DNA from: Actinomycetota bacterium
GTDB taxonomy: Bacteria > Actinomycetota > Acidimicrobiia > Acidimicrobiales > JAJPHE01
NCBI GenBank assembly: GCA_021325435.1
Contig: JAJPHE010000160.1
Span: forward strand, 10,202-74,201
Length of the DNA stretch: 64,000 bases
Direction of reading: 5' to 3'
Part shown: positions 36,096-42,478 of the stretch, piece after piece
How positions within the stretch are numbered: the first letter of the stretch is position 1
Layout of the letters: every line of letters starts with the position of its first letter
Program-made: the position numbers and the translations under genes
Notes under the pieces: generated by a model
The model's input: only the letters and a program-made list of their open reading frames with translations
Databases searched by the model: none
What the model was told of the DNA's origin: nothing

Positions 36096-36767
36096 CTGAC
36101 GTACCACGACGCCGCTCTCGTCGCGTGGCGACGGCGCCGACTCCGCCGGCTGCGCAGGCTGCGCCGGATGTTCGTCGTGCCCCTGACCATGGGCACGCTG
36201 GCGGTGCTGGGCACGCTGGTCGTGCCCTCGGGCCATGCCGCCGCCCGGGTCGTGGTGAGCACGGTGGGCCGGCCCGACCGGCTGGTGGCCGAGCGGGCCA
36301 GCCGGTCGCGTCTCGGGATGCTCGACGCCGAGCAGATTCAGGCCATCGCCGCCGGTGGCCGGGCTTCGGTGGTCGTGGTCCCGACGGCGGCCACCCCCAC
36401 CCCCACCACCACCCCCCACGCCGTCGTTCGGCGGGTGACGCCGGCCAGCACGACCACGACCACCCGGCCCCGGCCCACCACCACCACGACCGAGGCCCCC
36501 ACCACCACGACCACCGCGCCGCCCGGCCACTCCGAGACCGGTCAGGCCTCCTGGTACAACGGGCCTGCCGGCCAGTGCGCCAACAACTCGATCCCCTTCG
36601 GTACCGTCGTCACCGTGACCAACCTGGCCAACGGGGCGAGCACCCAGTGCACGGTGGAGAGCCGCGGCCCCTACGAGGGCGGCAGGATCATCGACCTGAC
36701 CGAGGCCACCTTCTCGCAGATCGCGTCGCCGTCGCAGGGTGTCATCAACGTCCGCATCCAGTGGTGA
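36096..36767 (+). CDS. secreted RlpA-like double-psi beta-barrel (DPBB) protein with a Thr/Pro-rich linker
   Basis: C-terminal GQASWYNGPAGQCANNSIPFGTVVTVTNLANGASTQCTVESRGPY..GRIIDLTEATFSQIA is an RlpA/DPBB pattern. Linker PTPTTTP...TTTTTRPRPTTTTTEAPTTTTTAPP. The first canonical start is ATG 36168. An in-frame CTG at 36096, with AGGAAGGA upstream, would add the n-region RRRRLRRLRRLRRMF. Confidence 0.7.
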   Translation: MTYHDAALVAWRRRRLRRLRRLRRMFVVPLTMGTLAVLGTLVVPSGHAAARVVVSTVGRPDRLVAERASRSRLGMLDAEQIQAIAAGGRASVVVVPTAATPTPTTTPHAVVRRVTPASTTTTTRPRPTTTTTEAPTTTTTAPPGHSETGQASWYNGPAGQCANNSIPFGTVVTVTNLANGASTQCTVESRGPYEGGRIIDLTEATFSQIASPSQGVINVRIQW

Positions 36768-37641
36768 GCCGAAGGCGGGCGCCGTCGGTCGCGCCCGCCT
36801 GAGCGCCCTGCTGCGCCAGCACGGAATCCGGCCGAGCCGAGCCCTCGGGCAGAACTTCCTCGCCGATCCCAACACCGCCCGCCGCCTCGTCCGCCTGTCC
36901 GGTGTCGGGGCCGGCGACCGGGTGGTCGAGATCGGCGCCGGCCTCGGGTCCCTCACCCTTCCCCTGGCCGCCGCCGGGGCCCGGGTGACGGCGGTCGAGG
37001 TGGACCGACGGCTGGCCGCCGCCCTGCGCGAGGTCACCTCCGGCTACAACGTCGAAGTGGTCGAGGCGGACGCCCTGAGCGTCGACTGGGGAGCCCTTCT
37101 CGGAGGGGGCCGATGGGTGTTGGTGGCCAACCTCCCCTACAACATCGCCACCCCTCTGGTGGTCGAGCTGCTGGAGGGAGAGCCCGACCTTCAGCGCATG
37201 CAGGTCATGGTCCAGCGCGAGGTCGCCGAGCGCCTGGCCGCCGGCCCCGGCTCCTCCTCCTACGGGGCGGTGTCGGTGAAGGTCGCCTACTTCGCCGAGG
37301 CCCGGGTGGTCGGCCACGTGCCCCCCACCGTCTTCATACCGCAGCCGGCCGTCGAGTCGGCCCTCGTATCCCTAGTCCGCCGCCCGGCGCCCGCCGTCCC
37401 CGCCTCGGTGGCCTCCTACGCCGAGATCGTCTCCCTCGTCGAAGCCGGGTTCGCCCAGCGTCGCAAGATGCTGCGCCGGGCCCTGGCCGGACTCGAACCG
37501 ACCCTCGATGCCGCCGCCTGGGCCGCGGCCGGCGTCCGACCGGAGGACCGGGCCGAGGACCTGGACGTGTCCTCCTGGGGCCGACTGGCCGCCGCCCGCC
37601 GGGCCGCCGCCGGCCGGGCCACCCCCCAGGGCGCCCGGTGA
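36739..37641 (+). CDS. rsmA: 16S rRNA (adenine1518/1519-N6)-dimethyltransferase
   Basis: LGQNFLADPN, VVEIGAGLGSLT and ANLPYNIATP. The start (GTG 36739) is uncertain. Confidence 0.9.
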   Translation: MSSTSASSGEPKAGAVGRARLSALLRQHGIRPSRALGQNFLADPNTARRLVRLSGVGAGDRVVEIGAGLGSLTLPLAAAGARVTAVEVDRRLAAALREVTSGYNVEVVEADALSVDWGALLGGGRWVLVANLPYNIATPLVVELLEGEPDLQRMQVMVQREVAERLAAGPGSSSYGAVSVKVAYFAEARVVGHVPPTVFIPQPAVESALVSLVRRPAPAVPASVASYAEIVSLVEAGFAQRRKMLRRALAGLEPTLDAAAWAAAGVRPEDRAEDLDVSSWGRLAAARRAAAGRATPQGAR

Positions 37642-38453
37642 GCGCCGCCGGGCAGCTCCCCGCCCTGCTGACCGCCCCGGCCAAGCTCACCCGCTGGCTG
37701 CGGGTGGTGGGGACCCGCCCAGACGGCCTGCACCTGATCGAGGCCGAGATGGTCTCGCTCGATCTGGCCGACCGCATCGACCTCTCCGCCGGCGACGGCC
37801 TCGAGGTCGTCGACGAGACCGCCCTATCGCCCGGGCGACAGATCGGGCTTCCCGTCGAGGCGGGCGGCGAGAACCTGGTGGCCCGGGCCCTGGCGGCGGT
37901 GGGGCGCACGGCCCGGGTCCGACTCCACAAGCGGGTGCCCGCCGGCGCCGGGCTGGGGGGTGGCTCATCCGACGCCGCCGCCGTGCTGCGCTGGGCGGGC
38001 GTCACCCCCGAAGGGGAGGGGCTGTCGTTGGCCGCCTCCCTGGGCGCCGACGTGCCCTTCTGCCTGGTGGGAGGAAGGGCCGAGGTCGCTGGCATCGGCG
38101 AGCAGGTCAGCCCCCTGCCGTTCGCTCCGCTGAGCTTCACCTTGCTGCTGCTTCCCTTCGGTGTGTCGACGGCGGAGGTGTACCAACGCTGGGATGCCCT
38201 CGGAGGCCCGGTCGGGGAGGGTCCGAACGACCTCGAGACCCCCGCCCTGGAGGCCGAGCCCCGCCTCGCCGCCTGGCGTGACGCCCTGGGCCAGGCGACA
38301 GGGGCCCGCCCCGTGCTGGCCGGCAGCGGGTCCACCTGGTTCGTGGAGGGGGCCTACGCCGGCTTGGCGGGGTCGTTCCCCCCGCCGGGCGGCCAGCGCC
38401 AGGCCGGCCACGTTGTGGTCTGCCATAGCCAGCCGGCGCCGCCGTCGGCCTGA
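37638..38453 (+). CDS. ispE: 4-diphosphocytidyl-2-C-methyl-D-erythritol kinase
   Basis: APAKLTRWLRVVGTRPDGLHLIE and the GHMP motif KRVPAGAGLGGGSSDAAA. GTGA overlap with rsmA. Confidence 0.85.
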   Translation: MSAAGQLPALLTAPAKLTRWLRVVGTRPDGLHLIEAEMVSLDLADRIDLSAGDGLEVVDETALSPGRQIGLPVEAGGENLVARALAAVGRTARVRLHKRVPAGAGLGGGSSDAAAVLRWAGVTPEGEGLSLAASLGADVPFCLVGGRAEVAGIGEQVSPLPFAPLSFTLLLLPFGVSTAEVYQRWDALGGPVGEGPNDLETPALEAEPRLAAWRDALGQATGARPVLAGSGSTWFVEGAYAGLAGSFPPPGGQRQAGHVVVCHSQPAPPSA

Positions 38454-38460
38454 CGCGAAA

Positions 38461-38482
38461 CGGCCGCCCCTCGGGGCGGCCG
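38461..38482. terminator. bidirectional GC hairpin between ispE (+) and bS22 (-)
   Basis: CGGCCGCCC-ctcg-GGGCGGCCG, a 9-bp stem. It lies between the stops at 38453 and 38506. Confidence 0.5.
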
Positions 38483-38505
38483 GAGAACGGCTGAGTCCGG
38501 TCGGG

Positions 38506-38604
38506 CTACTTGCCCGCCCGCCGCTGCCAGCGGGTGGCCTTCAGCATCTTCTTGTGCTTCTTCTTGCGCATCCGCTTACGGCGCTTTTTGATCAGAGAGC
38601 CCAT
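38506..38604 (-). CDS. 30S ribosomal protein bS22 (32 aa), absent from the ORF track
   Basis: Minus-strand ATG (cat 38602-38604) to TAG (cta 38506-38508) encodes MGSLIKKRRKRMRKKKHKKMLKATRWQRRAGK. This matches my recollection of actinobacterial bS22 (MGSVIKKRRKRM.KKKH.KLL...). Confidence 0.8.
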   Translation of the reverse strand: MGSLIKKRRKRMRKKKHKKMLKATRWQRRAGK

Positions 38605-38683
38605 GACCGGCCGCAGGCTACTGGCTGGTCACAAACCCCTGCGAACCCGGCAACTATCGTCGCCCTGGAGGCTCCGTGCCCGA

Positions 38684-38754
38684 TCGGGGGTCGTCCAACG
38701 GCAGGACAGCGGACTTTGGATCCGCTAATGGAGGTTCGAGCCCTCCCCCCCGAG
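38684..38754 (+). tRNA. tRNA-Gln (anticodon TTG)
   Basis: Manual cloverleaf. Acceptor TCGGGGG/CCCCCGA. D-arm GTCC-AACGGCA-GGAC. Anticodon arm GCGGA-CTTTGGA-TCCGC (TTG at 38716-38718). Variable region TAAT. T-arm GGAGG-TTCGAGC-CCTCC. Discriminator G. CCA is not encoded. Confidence 0.85.
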
Positions 38755-38765
38755 CCGTCCGCCGC

Positions 38766-38840
38766 TCAGAACTCCCACGCCATCTTGGCCAAAGAGAGCA
38801 ATCCGGCGAAGATCAGCACAAACAGCAGCAGGAAGTTCAT
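38766..38840 (-). CDS. candidate 24-aa hydrophobic micropeptide
   Basis: Minus-strand ATG (cat 38838-38840) to TGA encodes MNFLLLFVLIFAGLLSLAKMAWEF. GAAGGGA lies about 10 nt upstream. The stretch is locally AT-richer. No homology was recognised, so it may be a chance ORF. Confidence 0.25.
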   Translation of the reverse strand: MNFLLLFVLIFAGLLSLAKMAWEF

Positions 38841-39004
38841 CGCTTGGTCCGTCCCTTCGTTGTGCTCGAAGGGTTCGGGGCCGGGGCGGGTCGACCCTTC
38901 CCAACGGGCGCCCAACTCGGCGGGCCGGGCGGGGGTGTCGATGTCCGTGCCGGTGGCACCGGAAATAGACCGCCTGACCGCCTGCTTGCTGTAGAAAAGA
39001 CTGC

Positions 39005-40111
39005 GTGAGCTCTCGCCGTCTGAATGCCGTGGTGCTGGCGGCCGGCGAGGGGACCCGGATGCGCTCGGCGCGGCCCAAGCCGCTGCACCTCCTGTGCGGC
39101 CGACCCATGGTCGCCTACGTGGTCGACGCCCTGGCCGAGGTTTCGGTGGAGCGGGTGGTGGTGGTGGTCGGCCACTCCGGCGAGCGGGTGGCCAAGGCCC
39201 TCCAGGAGCTGGCCCGCCCCGACCTGACCATCGAGTTCGTCGAGCAGCGGGTGCAGCGGGGCACGGGCGACGCCGCCGCCGTGGGACTCACCGGGCTGCC
39301 GAGCGACCTCGAGGACGAAGAGGACCTCGACGTCGTCGTCCTGCCCGGCGACACGCCGCTGCTGCGCCCGCCGACCCTCGCCGCCCTGGTGCGGACGCAC
39401 CGGTCCTCTGACGCGGCGGCGACCCTGCTCACCGCCCGTCTCGACAACCCCTACGGCTACGGGCGCATCGTCCGCTCCAAGGACGGCAGGATCGCCCGGG
39501 TCGTGGAGGAGCCCGACGCGACCGACGAGGAGCGTCAGATCAACGAGGTCTGCACCAGCATCTACTGCTTCCGACGGGGGGTGCTGGCCCCGGCCCTTCG
39601 CCGCCTGTCGCCGGAGAACGCCCAGGGGGAGTACTACCTGACCGACGTGGTGTCGGTCGTTCACGACGCTGGCTACAACGTCGTCTCCATGGTCGTGGCC
39701 GACCCGATGGAGGCCGCCGGTGTCAACGACCGGGCCCAGCTGGCCGTGGCCGAGGCCGAGCTGCGCGACCGGACCAACGAGCGCTGGATGCGCCGCGGGG
39801 TCACCATGGTCGACCCGGAGCGGACCTACGTCGACGCCTCCGTGCAGCTCTCCGAGGACGTCACCCTGTTCCCCGGCACCCTCCTCCAGGGGGCCACCAC
39901 GGTCGGGGAGGGGTCGGTGATCGGCCCCGACAGCCGGCTGGTCGACTGCCGGGTCGGACGGGGGGCGCTGGTCGAGCAGACCGTGGCCAGGCGGGCCTAC
40001 ATCGGCGACGAGGCCCAGGTCGGACCGTTCGCCGTGCTCGAGCCCGGGTCCCATGTCGGGCCGGGCGAGGTCACCGGTCCGTTCCATCGCCGTCAGGCCG
40101 AAGGGGGATAG
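39005..40111 (+). CDS. glmU: GlmU-like N-acetylglucosamine-1-phosphate uridyltransferase with a short left-handed beta-helix (LbH) domain (368 aa)
   Basis: Uridyltransferase motifs AVVLAAGEGTRMRSARPKPLH, VVLPGDTPLL and EYYLTDV. The LbH repeats begin but the ORF stops 5 nt before prs, shortly after GPFAVLEPGSHVGPGEVTG. Confidence 0.8.
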   Translation: MSSRRLNAVVLAAGEGTRMRSARPKPLHLLCGRPMVAYVVDALAEVSVERVVVVVGHSGERVAKALQELARPDLTIEFVEQRVQRGTGDAAAVGLTGLPSDLEDEEDLDVVVLPGDTPLLRPPTLAALVRTHRSSDAAATLLTARLDNPYGYGRIVRSKDGRIARVVEEPDATDEERQINEVCTSIYCFRRGVLAPALRRLSPENAQGEYYLTDVVSVVHDAGYNVVSMVVADPMEAAGVNDRAQLAVAEAELRDRTNERWMRRGVTMVDPERTYVDASVQLSEDVTLFPGTLLQGATTVGEGSVIGPDSRLVDCRVGRGALVEQTVARRAYIGDEAQVGPFAVLEPGSHVGPGEVTGPFHRRQAEGG

Positions 40112-40116
40112 CAGCT

Positions 40117-41088
40117 GTGGAGCTGGTGACCAAGAAACGGCTCCGGCTGTACGCCGGTCGAAATCATCCCGAGCTGGCCGCGGAGATCGCCGAGCGCCTC
40201 GGCGTCGATCTCGGCGAGCCCCAGCTGCGTGAGTTCGCCAACGGCGAGATCCACTGCCGGTTCAGCGAGTCGGTGCGGGGCACGGACGTGTTCATCCTGC
40301 AGACCCACGGCCGCGAGGTGAACCACTCGATCATGGAGCAGCTCATCATGATCGACGCGGCCAAGCGGGGTTCGGCCAAGCGGATCACGGCCGTGTGCCC
40401 CTACTACGGCTACTCGCGTCAGGATCGAAAGGCGTCCGGACGCGAGCCGATCACCGCCAAGCTGATCGCCGACATGTTCCGCACCGCCGGCGCCGAGCGG
40501 ATCGTCAGCGTCGACCTCCACTCCGGTCAGATCCAGGGTTTCTTCGACGGGCCGGTGGACCACCTGACCGCCATGCCGGTCCTCATCGACTACCTGAAGG
40601 CGACAGGCGTGGGCGATCTGCTGATGGTGGCCCCCGACGCCGGGCGGGTGAAGGTCGCCGAGCGCTTCGGCCAGCATCTCGACGCCGACATCGCCATCGT
40701 CCACAAGCGCCGCCCCCGGGGCTCGGCGAACGTGGTCGAGGCGTTGGACGTCGTGGGAGCGGTGGACGGACGTTGCTGCGTGCTGGTGGACGACATGATC
40801 GACACCGCCGGCACCGTCTGCGCCGCCGCCGAGCTGCTCCTGGCCAAGGGCGCCACCGACGTCTGGACCATGGCCACCCACGGGGTCCTCTCCGACCCGG
40901 CCATCGACCGGCTCAAGAACTCGGCCATCTCGCGGGTGGTGGTCACCAACACCCTCCCCGTGCCGCCCGACCGCCAGTTCGACAAGCTCGAGGTCCTGTC
41001 CGTCGCCAGCGTGGTCGCCGACGCCATCGACGCCGTGTTCGAGGACACCTCCGTCTCGGAGATCTTCGGGGGCGAGAACCAGTTCTGA
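40117..41088 (+). CDS. prs: ribose-phosphate pyrophosphokinase
   Basis: FANGEIHCRFSESVRGTDVFILQT, YYGYSRQDRK, DLHSGQIQGFF and VLVDDMIDTAGT. Confidence 0.95.
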   Translation: MELVTKKRLRLYAGRNHPELAAEIAERLGVDLGEPQLREFANGEIHCRFSESVRGTDVFILQTHGREVNHSIMEQLIMIDAAKRGSAKRITAVCPYYGYSRQDRKASGREPITAKLIADMFRTAGAERIVSVDLHSGQIQGFFDGPVDHLTAMPVLIDYLKATGVGDLLMVAPDAGRVKVAERFGQHLDADIAIVHKRRPRGSANVVEALDVVGAVDGRCCVLVDDMIDTAGTVCAAAELLLAKGATDVWTMATHGVLSDPAIDRLKNSAISRVVVTNTLPVPPDRQFDKLEVLSVASVVADAIDAVFEDTSVSEIFGGENQF

Positions 41089-41142
41089 CCGAGTAGAATC
41101 CTGCGGTCCTGGTAACCCGCACCCCCGCCGGAGCGCGCCGTC

Positions 41143-41865
41143 ATGCCCGAGATCACCCTGAACGCCCAGACGGGCCGCAAGGCCGGTACCCGCCCCAGCG
41201 GCCGACTGCGGGCCGCCGGCCAGATCCCCGGGGTCATCTACGGCCACGGCATCGAGCCCATCCCGGTGGCCGTCGACGGTCGTGAGCTTCGCTCGGCCCT
41301 GTCCTCCGACGCCGGGCTCAACGCCCTGCTGTCGTTGAAGGTGGACGGCACCAGCCACCTGGCCATGGCCCGGGTCATCCAACGCCACCCGGTGCGTCAC
41401 ACCGTCGTCCACGTGGACTTCCAGGTCGTGCGGCGCGACGAGGTGATCAGCGCCGACGTGCCCGTCCACCTGGTCGGCGAGGCCGAGGCGGTCCAGCGCG
41501 ACGACGGCGTCGTCGACCAGCAGCTCCACACCCTGTCGGTCAAGGCGACACCTGACCGCATCCCCCACGCCATCGAGGTCGACATCTCCGCCCTGGAGGT
41601 CGGCTCCACCATCCGGGTGGGGGACCTGCGCCTGGCCCAGGGCGTAAGCACCGACGTCGACCCCGACCAGGCGGTTGTGGTGGGCCAGCCCCCGCAGGCC
41701 GCCGCCGAGGCGGCCGCCATCGAGGAGGCGGCGGCCGAGGCCCTGGCCGAAGCGGCCGCCGAGACCCCCGAAGGGGCGGAGGCCGCCGGCGAGGAGGTCG
41801 TGGAGGCGAGCGCCGAGGGCGGCGAGGCCGCCGACGGGGCCGCCGAGAGCTCCGACGAGGGTTAG
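41143..41865 (+). CDS. rplY: 50S ribosomal protein L25 / general stress protein Ctc, long form with an acidic Ala/Glu tail
   Basis: LRAAGQIPGVIYGHG...VQRHPVRHTVVHVDFQ. A C-terminal beta-domain is followed by an A/E-rich tail. Confidence 0.9.
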   Translation: MPEITLNAQTGRKAGTRPSGRLRAAGQIPGVIYGHGIEPIPVAVDGRELRSALSSDAGLNALLSLKVDGTSHLAMARVIQRHPVRHTVVHVDFQVVRRDEVISADVPVHLVGEAEAVQRDDGVVDQQLHTLSVKATPDRIPHAIEVDISALEVGSTIRVGDLRLAQGVSTDVDPDQAVVVGQPPQAAAEAAAIEEAAAEALAEAAAETPEGAEAAGEEVVEASAEGGEAADGAAESSDEG

Positions 41866-41868
41866 CCG

Positions 41869-42468
41869 CTGCTTCGTGCGCGTACCGGCACGCCGGCCGA
41901 CCTGCTGGTCGTCGGGCTGGGCAATCCGGGCCGCGAGTACGAGCACACCCGTCACAACCTCGGCGCCGACACCGTCGCCCTCCTGGCCTCGCGCCACGGC
42001 GACCGGCTACGGATGTCGAAGGCCGACCGCTCGCTGGTGTCGGAGGTCCGCATCGACGGCCGCCGGGTCGCCCTCGCCTTCCCCCAGACCTACATGAACG
42101 AGTCCGGTAGCGCCGTCGGTCGACTGGTGCGCCGCCACGGGATCGTGGACCTCGCCCGTCTGGTCGTGGTGCACGACGAGCTTGACCTGCCGGTCGCCAA
42201 GGTGAGGGTGAAGCTGGGCGGGGGAACGGCCGGACACAACGGGCTGCGCTCCATCCAGGCCCACCTCCGCGACAACGGTTTCGCCCGGGTCCGGATCGGC
42301 GTGGGCAAGCCCCCGGGCAAGCAGTTCGGGGCCGACCACGTCCTGCGACCTCCGTCGAAGTCCGAGCGGACCGAGCTGGAGGTGGCGGTGCAGGTGGCCG
42401 CCGACGCCGTCGAGTCGATCCTCGTGGACGGCGTGCCCGCCGCCATGAACCGGTTCAACGGTCTGTGA
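41869..42468 (+). CDS. pth: peptidyl-tRNA hydrolase (start codon non-canonical or unresolved)
   Basis: The conserved N-terminus LLVVGLGNPGREYEHTRHNLGAD lies upstream of the first ATG/GTG/TTG (ATG 42013). The only in-frame candidates are CTG 41869 (GAGGG 7 nt upstream) and CTG 41902/41905. Confidence 0.8.
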   Translation: MLRARTGTPADLLVVGLGNPGREYEHTRHNLGADTVALLASRHGDRLRMSKADRSLVSEVRIDGRRVALAFPQTYMNESGSAVGRLVRRHGIVDLARLVVVHDELDLPVAKVRVKLGGGTAGHNGLRSIQAHLRDNGFARVRIGVGKPPGKQFGADHVLRPPSKSERTELEVAVQVAADAVESILVDGVPAAMNRFNGL

Positions 42469-42478
42469 GAGCTGCCTG

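Noticed and set aside
38991-39007. TAGAAA hexamer 8 nt before the glmU GTG as evidence for a leaderless transcript
   Set aside because: It is plausible for an actinobacterium, but it rests on a single weak hexamer with no -35 element. This is not enough to call a promoter.
40093-41997. 634-aa minus-strand ORF
   Set aside because: It is antisense to prs and rplY, both clear housekeeping genes. Shadow ORF.
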